The notes: generated from the sequence alone by a model not told the origin. 64,000 nucleotides of DNA from Lama guanicoe (GCA_013239625.1 MU053431.1:2320485-2384484); one strand, 5' to 3'. Counted from the first letter of the stretch, positions 25,699-38,625 are shown. A program made the numbers and translations.

Positions 25699-26110
25699 TG
25701 AAACTAGAGAATGAATCGAGCCCCACAGACCACACCCAGTGTAGTCAGAGACGGTCCAAGAACAGCCCCGACGGGGTTCCCGTCCTGACCCCAAACCTTC
25801 CCAGTGACACTAGAACCACTCCAACCCGAGATGCTCCCTGCCACCAAGTGCCCCAGTGCAGCAGCTCAGGAGGGTGGAGCGCAGACTCGTCCCCTTTCCT
25901 CCCAAGTCTGCACACAAGGCGAGGCTGGCCTGCTCCCAGCCTGGGTGGTAACTGTGCACTGCCACAGCTGGCCCCCCGCGACCCCTGCTCAGTCTGGCAG
26001 TGACCACTGAAGGCCCGTGGGTCCTGCTGAGAGGGGCCCGCCAAGGCGGTGGTAGAAGAGGGCTCTGGACTCTCCCGTGCTGTCCTGGAAGCCTGAGGGC
26101 AGTGAGGTCT

Positions 26111-29100
26111 TCAGGGAGAGTGTGACTTCCCATAGACTTTCACCTCCGAGGCGGGGCCAGGCTCTGCTGGGCCTCACAGAGGTCCAGGAGTCAGGACCAG
26201 ACCGGGCAGCAGCGCAGAAGGTGGTGGTCTCCTGCGAGGGGAAGCAGGAGTCAGAGGTAGCCCTGCCTGCAGGAGGAGCGGCCCCAGCCCTCCGTCCCTG
26301 ACCAGCTCTCACCGATGCCACAGAGCCCCTCCTGGGCCCGGGCGAGGGCCATGGTCACTTGGATGGGGTCCGCAGTGATGCCCAGGGCGTTTTTCAGCCA
26401 GTTCTTAGTCGGTCGCGGGTCTATGTCACTCTTGTCACAGGTGCGGACCATGCTCACTATAACATAGTGCCACTGGCTCCCGTGGAGGCGAGGCGAGTCT
26501 GGTGAGGCCCCTGCCACCCACCCACCTGACCCCTCGCGCACAGGCCTCCCGCCTAGTGCCAGCCCCACCCTGACTCTTGGTGATGGAACACACGGTCACT
26601 CGTGGAACATCTTCCTGATGCTCAAGTCTCTTGCTGATCTCAGCCAGCTGGGCATTGTAGGGCGTGAGGATGGCAATGTTCTTGGGGCCCACTGTCCCCC
26701 TCAGAGGCAGCTCTCTGGCGATGCAGACCTGAGGGACCAGGGGTGCCGGTGAAGCCAGCCCTGATGTCTGTCCCACCCTGGGCTCCCTCAGCGACTCTGC
26801 CTCCTCCCCCAGGGAGCCCTCCCAAGCAAGGGGTACCAGGGAGGGCCCGGGGGAGGGCCGCCACCACTGCCATCTCCTCATCCTTCGCCTTGGAATCCTC
26901 ACCCTCTTTGTCCGTAGACAGCAGCCGGCTCTTCTGTTTGCTCTGCAAGTGGCCAGAGATGACCGAGCAGCCCTTCTCGTCAGCGTGGCCCAGGACACTG
27001 GGCGGCCTGCCCAGGCCCTGCCAGGTCTTCAGTTCCCTTTCGTAGAACTCCCCTGAGGGGAAGGCACAGATGCGCTCATGCTGGAAGGCAGGGACAGGAG
27101 TCAGGGCCAGGCTGGCCCTCGCCCACCTTGGGCCCAAGAGCTCTGGGCACTCAGCATGTGGTACTGCATGTCCCACAGGCAGGCACCCCTGAAGTACCTC
27201 TGTCACAGATACCGGTCCAGCCCCAGCTTCTGCAGCAGCTCACTCTTGACCACAGGCCGCAGCTGCTTGTGGTCCCCGAGAAGGACCACCTGGGAGGACA
27301 GGCAGGCATGGTCCTGACCCCTCGGCCAGCAGCGCCCCACCCTGGAGCTGCCCACGTATTCCCTGCACCTCTGCACCCCCAGGGACACACGCCTGGGCTC
27401 TCAGCTCCTGCTTTACCCACCTTCTCAGCCTGGGAGAAGTTCACCAGGGGAATGAGGGTCTCTGGCTCCGAGGCCACACCCGCCTCATCCGCAAGGATCT
27501 GCCGGATGTCCAGGTCCCCAAGGCTGGTGGAGCCCGCATGCCAGCACGTGCACAGGACGGTGCAGTGCCGGTCAAGCTCGAATTTCCAAGCCTGCCCTAG
27601 GACTTTCCTGTACCTATGGGGACACCATATGGTCGCCCAGGCTGCACCCCTGCACCCTAGGCCAGGAGGCAGCCCCATGGCTTCAGCTGCTTACCAGCTG
27701 AGGTCCTCCTTGGAGAAGATCTCCCCTTCCTGCAGCCGGGCACCGAGGCCCTGACGTCAGCCGCATGGGCGTTGGAAGACTGCCGGACCCGGTGATGCAG
27801 GGCGATGCTCCTGCGGCGGGTGGCAGTGAGAAGACCTGTGTGAAGCCGTGTTGGCTCCTGCCCGAGGCAGGGCCAGCTGGACAGCCCCCGCCCCTCGCCT
27901 CCACCCTGTATAGAACAACAGTGGAGAGGCTGCACCTGAGGGTCTGGCTGGGCCTCCCCACCTGAGGGGTCTTCTTAGGGGGCCCCTGCTGCCCACACCC
28001 GGCACTGGGCACTCAGTGGCCTCCTCCTGCTCCCTGTGCACGCGAAGGGGCTTCAGCTTTGCCCTCCTGCTCAGGAGAAGTGCTGGGGAAGCCAGGGTGT
28101 GAGTGACGGCTCCCGGACCCAGCTCCCCCGGGCAGAGCCCCTCCGGCTGCCCCGGTGCGCCTGCCAGCACGCCACCGACTGGTTGGAGGGGCTGCAGCAC
28201 AAGATGGGGGCCCCCACAGCTGGCCACTGTGGGAGCCATAGGCTGGCACCTGCTCCTCGTTTGACGTGCAAAGCCAGTAGGCAGTGTGGACACCCAGCAC
28301 CGTCTTCCCAGAGCCTGTGGGCAGAGCATGGGTTGAGCAGAGCCCCCACCTGCCTGCCTGGGCAGTCTCGCAGCTCCCCCAAGGTGGGTCCCCCCTGGTG
28401 GGCCCCAGATGACCGTGAACTGCTTCTTCAGAGCCTCCCTAACGGCCTTGTTCTGGCTTGGGTTCAGCTTGTGATGGCCTCCAGGAATGTCGAAGGCTGG
28501 TCATCCAGGAAGCTGCTGGGGGTCCCTGAGGAAGGAGGCAGACCTCTGAGGACTGGCCGGGGCAGGGCCGGAGAGGTGAAGCTGAGGGCTCCCCATCCAC
28601 CCACCTCTGTGGAGGGGCTGCTGGCTGGCCCTGGGCTATGCTGATGACCCACGGGGATGCACGCTTGAGCCAACGCACAGCTTCTTCTTGGCAGCTGGGG
28701 CAGGTGGGGGTGAAGATGGATACCAGACACCAGCAGGATCTTCCCGGGCAAGGAGCACTGCCCACGGGCCACCACCCCAGAAGGAGACGGGGGTTCCCAG
28801 CACACCCAGCCCACCCGCCAGCCTCTCCCCGGAAGCCACTCACAGGCCCCGGGCGGTGAAGCGGCCCCAGGCCTCAGCACCTCTTCCAGAACCACACCCA
28901 TGGCCACGTGCTGAAGGAGGAAGGGCACCTGCTTAGGTGCGTCCCGCAGGTTGGCCCAGCCCTCCTTTGGGCTCCAGTCCTCCGCCAGCCCGGGTGTCAC
29001 CCAGGTATGTGTGTCGGGGTCATTGTTTCGGACAGGGATGACGCAGCTGGCCGGGGGGCGTGGTGTGGCCAGCAGCCCTTCGAATCGGATGCACGGGTAG

Positions 29101-32100
29101 CAGTGGCCAAAGCTGATGTCAATGCCATGCTCCCGGAGGAAGGCGGGCTCCAGGCAGAAGGTGCCCTGCAGCTGCCCCTGGGGCGTCTGCTCCGCCCCAC
29201 AGGGTATGGCCACATCCTGCAAAGTCACAGGATCGTTCTAAGCCTGGAGTCGGCGCGGGCAGCCGACTCCAGGCTTAGTCTTCCACGTCCTGGTGCCAGT
29301 CCCGACCCCCCTGGGGCACACAGGGCGAGAAGCCGTCCCCTGGCTGCTCCACGTGCTCCAGGCAAAGGCTGAGGTCAGGCGCCACAGACCACAGCTGCGG
29401 GACTGGCTCCAGGAGCCTACGCTACAGGGCGGCACTGAGCTGGAGCTGTACGTGCAGTGTATCCCCACTACCAGCTCCCGGGCTGCCTCCACGAAGGGCC
29501 GCAGGCGCTCCACCTCGCCTGTCCCGGCTCCTGCTGCTGGGGCTCGAAGCTGGGCTCGCCCCACTGTCCACCCTCGGCTTCTTCATCAGCCTCAGCAGCT
29601 GCTGCCACTGGGTGGCGTCCACAGGCTGGACACATGGGTCAAGCGGGGTGCCGGGCAGTGGGGGGCACCGCCCACCGGCCTGCGTGGAGTAAGCGTGGTG
29701 CCGCCATAGGAGCTGCAGCTGCAGCCACCTGGCCAGCCACAGGAGTGCCTGGCCGGCCGCAGGGGTGCGTAGCCGGCTGCAGGGGTGCTTGGGTGGCTGC
29801 AGGGAGCTGCAGTGCACGGGGTCGAGGTCCAGAAGGGTCTTGTGGCTGGCTGGGAAGAACAGCTTGAAGCAGGTGTCCTCCGCGGCCACCACAAAGCCCA
29901 GCTTGCTTTGCGGTTGGGTCTTGAGCCGGGTGGCCAGGTTCAGGCCGCGAGCCCAGCGCTGGAAGTTCTGGGCGCACCTGTACTGGCCACTGAAGTCCTG
30001 GCAGAGCTCATCAATGTCTCCGGGCGTGCAGGGGGACCCTCCTTGGCCCAGTGCCAGCAGGATCTGCCGCTGCAGCACCACATCCAAGTACCTGCAAATG
30101 GGTGAGGTGGCCCAGGTGTACCTGTCCACCTGCAGCAGGTAGTGGCCATCCAGCTCCATGTCCTGGCGGCTGAAGACTGTGCGGCCTTGGGCCCTGCACA
30201 AGTCAAGGAGGGCAGGAGCCAGGCAAGGGTGCACATCGTCCGTGGCGATGAGATCCGCCAGTCAGATGAAGCCCTGGGCGTGGGCTGCAAGCTGGAGTTA
30301 CCTCTAGACGGAGACCAGGATGTGGAGCTGCAGGTCTGGGGAGATGTAGGAGCTGAAGCTGCCCAGCCGGTGGTGGCAGAGGTGTGGGGACAATGGCACC
30401 CAGTCCTCCTGGTCCTGGCTCAGGGCTCGGAGCCAGCTGAAGCTGGGCTCGCGCTGCACCCGCAAGGGTGTGACCCCCTTTGTACCCTCACTGTCCACCA
30501 GGAATTTGGCCACCTGGCTGTTGAACTGGACCATGTACTCCTCGACCATCCTGTGGGCCACGCGGAAGCCCAGCACGCTGTCCCCGTCAGCTGCTTGTAA
30601 TGACCGTCGCCCCTGAGGCGGCGCTGGCACAGCAGGCGGGAGAAGTAGCACGCGGCTGCCACGCAGGCGTGCACAGAGTCCAGGCAGGCTGGCAGCTTGA
30701 GGCCGGCGCCCCGGTGCCCCCGGTCACCTGCTCCGCCTCTGTACGGGTCAGCTGGTGGTCAGAGCAGATCACAGCGGGTGCAGAGCACTCGCTCTTGAGC
30801 TGGCTGCTGCCCTTCTCGGTCGTCAGGAAGCGGGAAACGGCTAGGTGGTGCTGGCCTGGCAGGAGGCTGGCTGGCAGCATGGACCCTGCTCCTGGTCAGG
30901 GGCGTAGATGGTGGCCCCCCCCCGCCTGCAGGCCTCCAGGCCCAGCGCCCTCATCCCTGGGCATGCAGCTGGCCATGTCAGCGGTGTGCGTGGCCACCTC
31001 ATACATGGGGCCCCGGTCCTGGGCGCTGATGGCGCCGTCCAGGTTGCAGGTGAGCGGGGGTCCACGGCGAAGGCCAGGAAGCTGCTGCAGCCCTCCAGGC
31101 AGCTGGGCGCCCGGCTGAGCTCAGCGTGGTGCCTGTGCAGCGCCTCGCGGACCGAGGCCGGGTGTGGGGAGGCTCCTTCAGCCTGCAGGCCAGGTCAAAG
31201 ATTTGGAGACTGCTCCCAGGTGGTGGCCTCGGGCAGCACCTTTAGGACGCCCAGTGGGTAGTAGAAGTGCTCCCGCCACAGAAGGACACACACCCAGAAG
31301 AGGCGGCAGTGCCGGGCCTCCACCGAGAGCGGCTCGTGCCCCACGCGCTGCACGCGGCCCTGCAGAAGGTGGTGGACAGGCACCTGCAGTGGGTCCTGCA
31401 GCCCAGCCACGAAGACCTTGGTGGCACAGCCATTGACGGGGGTCATGACGCAGGGGTCCCACTCGTCCACATGGCACACGAACGCCAGCTGGCGATGCTC
31501 CCTCTGATGAATGCTCAGCACGCAGCCCTGAGGCCACCCGGCCCAGCTGAGGACCTGCACCAGCGCCTCGTCCCCAGGGAATGCCATCCCGCAGTGCAGG
31601 CGGCCCTTGAGCTGGTTGGGCCCAAACTTCCCATCGTCCAGCGGACGCTCTCACCTCCCGGAGGCTCTCTCGCAGGAAGGCGCAGCGGCAGTGCTGCTGG
31701 GGCCACTTGTGGAGAAGTTTCTGCTGTTTGGCTTCCGGCAGGTTCACATACTGCCACGCCGGCTGGGGAGACAAGGGCCGGGCGAAGCTGTCCAGCAGCC
31801 CATCCTCCTGGACGGTCACTGTCACGTCCCGGCTGTGGTCCAGGAGCTGCTGCGGGCGGGGCTCGTTGCTGCCGAGCTCCCTGTCAGAAGGCCAAAAGCC
31901 CACAGGGCCCTCGGGCTCCCTGATCTCTGGGGCTGACGGTCCTGCCACAGCGCTTCTGGGGACCATGCCCCTCCCACATGTGCTGTGGCCCACCCCCCAC
32001 TACCCCCTCCTCTGGAACAGTGTCCTTGGCATCTGCTGCCACAAACCTTTCTGTTTCTTGGGCCGCAGGCTGCCAGCAGCTGGCCCAGCTCTGCTTCTGG

Positions 32101-35100
32101 ATCTGCTCCAGCGACAGGCCCTCGGGGCAGACGGCGCCGTGCTCCACACACTCACGGAGGAAGCTCCCCCAGAGCTTGCTGCAAGCCTTCAGGGAGCAGA
32201 GGGCCACAGCGTTGCCCACGCCGCCACCTGGGCCTGCGTGTGGGTCGTGACGGTGCTGAGCACGCGGGCGTCCGTGAAGCACCCTGGGGCCGGTGCCCCC
32301 GGCTCAGCAGGCTGCGGGTGGTGTGCAGCGCGCCCAGCACCACCACCAGGAAGACCCGCCTGAGAGGGGGGCAGTTACAGGGTCAGGCTGGGCCAGAAGA
32401 GGGAGGGGAAGGACGATCACCCACCTGGCAGATTCTCAAAGCTGCCCACAGACACCTGGCCCAGGTCCCTCTTCCTCAGCTCCTGCCTCAGCGCGCTCAC
32501 TGGAGACACACCACCAGGTCAGGTGAGGGGCCCCAATGAGGCATAGCGTCCCCTGCCAAGGACAGGACCCTGGCTCCCAGGTCCTGGGAGGTGAGTATCT
32601 GAATATCTCAGACCCTCGTATGGAAGGAAAGCAGACAGAGGAGGCCTACCAGGCCACAGGCGGAGGGAGGCTTCCCCGGGAAACGGGGCTTGGGGGAAGC
32701 TGCCCTGGGCAGCAGGGTCTCACCTGGGCCCTGTGGGACACAACGCGGTGCTCCTCTGCTCCCGGTGGCCCCAGCACTGGGGCCAGGAGTTACAGACCTC
32801 CTGTACCTTCTCGACAACCTGAAGAACCTCGGCTGCATTCAGCCAAGACGTCGTGGAGACGTCGCACTGGAGCTGCCCACCACGCAGCAGAACTGGAGCG
32901 GGTACCACCGGGGTGGCCAGGGATCTTGCCGCTGGCCTGGATGGAGCGGCCGCTGGCTAGGGAGACGTGGTCGGAGACAAAGCAGACAACGGTCTGGGTG
33001 GAGCAGTAATTCTTGTACAAAATAATGCAGCTCCTCTGGGCGACCTGGAGTGTTTGCTGCCAGTGGTGCTCGAAGAGGCGGTGCAGCAGCATGTCTGGCC
33101 CCCGGGTGCCCTACCACACTGAAGAGCCGGGGCGTGCCCTGCACGTGGTTGCCCGCCAGCACCACTCGGGTGCCGGGCGCAGCGTAACGCAGCGGGGTGA
33201 GCGTCTCCCACTCCAGCATCTGGGAGGCCTGGTCAATGAGGATGTGGGAAAAGAAGCCAATGGGCACCCCGAGCTCGTGTGTCTGGGAGGTGCTGGCCAA
33301 CACAATGTGGTGCCGCTCCAGGTCAGCAGGCGAAAGGCCTGGTGGTCCTCGGTCAGGCAGCAGTACCTCAGCGTGGCCGCGTCCGTCAGGCTGGGCGGGC
33401 AGTCCGTGTGCACCACCCAGAGGGGAGCGGCCTCAGGGTGACTGCTGCTGACGTAGGGGCGGAAATACTCCACAGTGTAGGTGTCAGCCGCCCTGTGGTG
33501 GAGAAGGGCACAGCGCCTGTCTGCTAAAGTGCCTCCCGTGCTTCCCCCCTGCCCAGACAACAGGCAGTCCGACCCTGCAGCAGAGGGGACAGACAGAGAA
33601 GCAGGAGGTCAGTGCCCGATGAGAACCAGACAGCAGCAGAGCCCTGGGGAGGGCGCAGCATGGGCCGGGCCACCAGGGCGGCCCGAGACTGGGTTGACCC
33701 TGAGCAGCCAGGGAGTAGCAAGACCTGGCACCACCTCTCCGAAGGAGACAGGACCACCAGCTAGGGCCTCTGCCTGACATGGGCCCCTGGAGCCCCAGTC
33801 CTGTAACCAGTCAGCCCTGGCAGAGATGGGGAGCCCCGTGCTGGAGCAGCTGTCCATCTAGGGGGAACTATGACAGGATTTTCAGAACACCCAAGTCTCG
33901 CCCCAGGAAATGCTGGGGTGGGGGTCAAGCCACAACCCTACCCACCACTCTGCCTGGCCCATGTTCCTCTGTGGACAGGAGACCATGCACCGGGCTTGAA
34001 GCACAGGCGTCCCCTGTCCTCAGCCCGGTACTGACTGTCAGGGAGACTCTCAAGTGGCTGGGACTGGCCCCAGGGGCTTCACTGCCACCAGCCCAGCCCC
34101 CACCCTCTCCTGGAACTAGCTGCTGAGATCTCCAGTGAACCTGGGAACCAGCCCGAACCCCAGACCCCCAGGTCCCTCCTCTTCTCCTGGGGCGAGGCCG
34201 GGGAGCGGGGAGAGCAGCCCAGCGGCCCCAGCTCACCTGTTGGTTCGTGTACAGAGGAGCACCTTACGAGGGGCTGGCAGGCGACCTCCAGGGAGGCCAT
34301 GGCCAGCGTGTAGGTCTTGCCCGTGCCAGAGGGGCCACAGACGAGCAGAGGGGCAACAGGCTGCCCCTACCCCAGGGCTGGTCCCTGTGATGACCGCCAC
34401 AGCCTGCTTCTGCCTGCGGTTGCCCTGCAGTGTGGGTGAGACAGGCTCAGGGCAGGGCAGGGTGCAGGCTGACAGGTCAGGAACCACCAGGCCCTCCTCT
34501 GGCAGTGCGTCCACTGCCCGGTGCCAGAGGTGGAAGGGCAGCAGATCAATCTGGAACTGCACTTCCAAGATGGGGCGCCCAGGCTTGGGCTGTAGCCCCA
34601 GGGCTGCGCAACAGTGGGCAGGCAGCAGCAGCCACAGCACCTGCCCCGAGTTGGGCCGCGTCTCCACCCGCACCCCGCACACCCTGGGATCAGGCCCAGG
34701 CACGGGGGCCACGAGCGCCTTCTCAGCAGAAAGCCCTCGTCCACGTCAGGCATCGAGGAGGGGATGGGGGTCTCAGTGTACAGGGCTCCCCGTGGCGGCA
34801 AGAGTGTGTCCAGGACTGACGTCTCCTGTGCTGTCCGACAGTTCAGCCTAGGGGGAGAACATGGGTCGGCTGACCAGGCCCACGGTGCTGCAGCGGGCAC
34901 CAGGCAGCCCCTGCCCCCGCCGGCCCCACTCACTTGGCCACCGGGTGTCGCTGAGCAGCCTCCTCCTCACACAGAGCCCAGTGCAGCTTCTGCCGGGGTC
35001 GGTGGGAAAGATGGGGCCCTGGTCAGGGGACTCCAGGGCTGGAGCAGGCCCCGTGGACTTGGCCACCTGGGCACCGCCATCCTCTCCAAGCCAGGCACCA

Positions 35101-37424
35101 CGTGGCGGTTGCCTATGTTCCAGCGGTCCGGCTCCTCAGGGAGGTGGCCAGGTGGGCGTCGCCCACGGCCCCGGAAGTGCTCCCAGCCCACCTGCAACTC
35201 CAGCTTCCTAAGCAGCACCGGCCGGCAGCCAAAATCAAAGACCACCCATTGCTCGAAGGTGCCTGGGGAAGCGCTCTGCCCGAGCACCCCACCCGGAACA
35301 TGGCCAGACAGCCGGGCACGCAGAAGTGCTCTCTCTGGGCAAAGACCCGGCCTGTTGAGAGGCTGGGGGCCACCGTGAGAAGTCTGCTCCAAGGTCTTGC
35401 TTGAGCAGGGCTACACATCGCAGGGGCTCTTGGGGCAGAAGATGGATGGTGAGGTGGCCCCTGGAATCCACCCTGCCCATCAAGGTCCAGGCTGCAGCAC
35501 TGACCCCTCCCTTCCCTCCTGGCTGTGACCCCAGCAGGGCCCTTGGCCTCTTTGAACCATGAGGCTTCCTCTGCAAGATGGGGTCACTGAGCCAGCCTGG
35601 ATAGCCATTGTGGCCCAGGTGATGGGGGCAGTGTGGGGCGCTCAGTGGGGACCAGCCCAGCACTCCCTCTCTGCACCAACCCCAGCGGGAGACACAGGCT
35701 TGCTTCAGATCCCAGACTCAGGAGAGGCTGCCCAGGGCAGAGCTCCGGACCCCAGACCCCAGCTGCCCCCTGACTGTGCAGCTGCTCACCTCAGAATAGA
35801 TGTTGAAGGTCTAGGCGTGCGCCGCCTGCCGTTCCCAAGTCCACCGCACCAGGGGCCGCTTGCAGCCGACAGATACATGGTCAAGGGTCTCGGCCAACTG
35901 CCCAGGAAGCCAGGGGTCAGCAGGGCAACCCTGGGTCAGCTCTGCCCCCATTCTCACAGCCCCCACTTACCACCAGTACCTCACCGGCACTGTCCTGGCA
36001 CTCAGCCAGCAGCTTCTCGCAGTGAGACCCCAGCCCATCCTGCCAGGCCGCTGACCACCTCAGCTTCACGGTCCAGAATTCTGGGTCCACTCCTGCAGCT
36101 CTTGCTTTGCACCTTGTTTCAGAAGTCCCCGAACTCACAGAGGCTGGGCCTGGCGGGAGCGGGGGTGATCAGCAGGCCACACGGGGGTGAGGGCCCTCAG
36201 CCCAACACTGACCCATCCATGTTGGGGAGCAAAGCTGATACCAGGCAGAGGGCAGGGAGCACCCCCATCCCACCCACTGCTGCACACCCAGAACCCGGCA
36301 GGAGTGGCCTCCGTGGACCCCCCTTCTCCACCCCTCAGAGGCCACACAGAAGACAGGGAATCCTGGTTCCAGCTGAAGGGGGTTCATCCCCCATCCCCAA
36401 ACCCCGCTTTCCTGTCCTTACCGCAGGCAGAGCTCCAGAGGGGCGAGCCCAGTAGGCAGGCTGTGGTGCTTCGAGGGCACGACTAGTTTCGATTCCAGTA
36501 TCTGTGCATGCTCCAAGGAGGAGCAGTGGTTCTCGGAGGCCTCCTGGGAGTGGCAGGTGACAGGCAGGCATGGCAGTCCAGCTGGACTCTGGGGCGCTGC
36601 CCATAGGGGGCTGTGTGCCCATCCCCACTGAGGGCAAGGGCCGTGAGCAGGCCCTTCCAACCGAGCTGGGCCTCCCACACAGGCACCTCCACAGTGTTGT
36701 GATCACAGCGGCGGCGGGACATGCCGTGCCGGCACCAACACCCTCGCTACACGCATTCGCAGTAGGCCAGGGGCCGGTGGCCCCAGACATCTACCTGCAC
36801 CACCAGGACTTGTTTTCGACAGCCCCCCGTGCTCACATGAGCCAGGAGAGTGGGGCAGTTCCCATGATCGGGGCACCAGCCGTGGGGCTCCACTGGACAG
36901 ATGTGCGGGGGGCGGCGCTGGAAGCAGGGAGAGCGGAGTGTCTGGAAGGGGCCACCAAACTCCGCGAGGATGGCATCAGCCGGGGCCAGCGGCTTCCCCT
37001 GGGCCGCGCCGCTCTGCGCCCCCACCTTCACCCACAGGTGGCCGACGTTGTGCTCGAGCTCAAAGGGCCAGACTAGCGCCCCCTCGGGGCTCCTGGCGAA
37101 GGTGCACCGGTTGCCGTGGCGCCTGCAGCCAAGCCCCGGGCTGTAGTAGCGGCAGACCTCACCGCGCACAGGCTGCGGGAAGCTGGGCGGGCAGTCCACC
37201 TTGCGCTAGACACTGCTCTCGGAGGCTCTCTTCAGGCGGGCCAGCAGGATGTCCCAGGCACAGCTGTGCTCCACCCTGCTCTGCAGATAGGTGCTCTCAC
37301 TGAGATGTGGGGTGCAGCAGGAGCAGGCCAGACACAGGTCCACCAGGGCGCACAGGCTGGCCGGGGACGGCTCCTGGGTGGCCTTGGGGCTGGTGGGCTG
37401 TGTGCCGGACCCTGGCAACTCCAT
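26111..37424 (-). pseudogene. HELZ2: Helicase with zinc finger 2 (PRIC285), intron-containing disrupted gene at the syntenic position
   Basis: HELZ2-like fragments in order but in shifting frames: LCALVDLCL, CRRHGNRCTFARS, FEQWVVFDFG, GPSGTGKTYTLAMAS, RNB pieces (HRMVEEYMVQFN, YTWATSPICRYLDVVLQRQI), DEAGVASEPETLIPL, VLLGDHKQLRP, ITKSQG, ARAQEGL. In-frame stops at 37206-08, 36747-49, 36119-21, 35811-13, 27203-05, 26191-93; many frameshifts; broken splice sites. Confidence 0.92.
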
Positions 37425-38399
37425 CTCTGCTGCTGGCCTGGCTCCGGGGGCCCTCTGGGGATGTTCACCAAAAGTGGGAAATCTGGGGCAAGAGCAAGGA
37501 GTGAGGTCAGGAGAGCTGTACGCCCTGGGTCCAGGCTCAGACACACTCTCCTCTCCCACAGGCCAGGGGCCAAGGGAGCAGCAGCAGGGTCGAGAATTCT
37601 GCTAACGTGACGGGAGAGGGGTGTCTAGTCCAGGGAAGCTGGGCCCCATGATGCTGACCTGACCGAGACCAGCCCAGCCCTGGCCTCTTGAAGGGTCTCT
37701 GGGTCCTGCCCACAAGAAGCCAGGCAGGCTGCACGGGAAGGAGGCTGCCCAGAGACCAGGGAGAGCCCTGGGAACCCAGGGCTCCCGGCGCCACCCCTCA
37801 GAAGCCCCGCTTCCAGGCCTTTGCATTCCAAGGTCCCTCGGGCTCTGGGTCTCCTGACTCTCCCAAGGACAGCACCCCTTTTTCTGTGACATGAAGGTTG
37901 TCTCCTGGGAACAAGGCACCCACACCTGCCTGGATGGGGCCGTGGGAGGGGTCAGGAGAACAGAGCAGGTGGGAGGCAGGACCAGCAGCACCAGGGCTGC
38001 AGGAGGAAGCCGGACGGCGGGGAAGGGGTGGTGCCCAGCATAGCTGGGACTGAAACTGGTCCCTGCAGACACTGCTGGGCCTCAAAGGGAACTTCCGAGG
38101 GAAAGTTTGAGAGCGACACGAAGATGATGTTTGACAAGGAAATGATGGAGCCCTGAGCGCCCTGGGCTGGAGAACCCTCCTGCTCCAGGGATGCCAAACC
38201 AGGGGCCGTCTGCAAATAGGGGTAAATGAGGGAATGCAGGAACAGGAAGAGCAGCCAAGAAGCGGCAGTTCAGCAGTAAGAGCCCTAGTTCCTCCTCAAG
38301 GGACACCTGGACAGCTGACACGGTCTTGAGCTCTGCAGGAGCCAAGGCCCCACCAGGTGGAGGATGGGTTGATGCTGACTGACTCCTGGCTTCAATCAG

Positions 38400-38625
38400 C
38401 CAAAGCGTGGACTCCGTCGACCCTGGCCCCAAATCTGCTGAATTCTCCTTTGTTTGGGCCCCTTAACGAACACGCGCGCACCCTCAGCTTAAGATTCCCC
38501 AGTTTTGCTGCTGAGGACACACTGCGTGGGATTCCTGCTGCCCTGACCTGCTGCAGCTAGTAACTGCTTCCTCCTCTCGATCTCTGGCTCAACACCAAGA
38601 GGTAAACTCCGCTTTGGGTAACAAA
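38400..38625 (+). mobile_element. LTR fragment (3' part)
   Basis: LTR-like text (gattcctgctgccctgacc...gtaactgcttcctcc...) ending tttgggtaaca. Family not assignable. Confidence 0.45.

Noticed and set aside
26111-37424. HELZ2 as an intact gene with sequencing errors, or as a processed pseudogene
   Set aside because: Neighbouring genes are error-free, lesions include nonsense and splice substitutions, and introns and synteny are retained.
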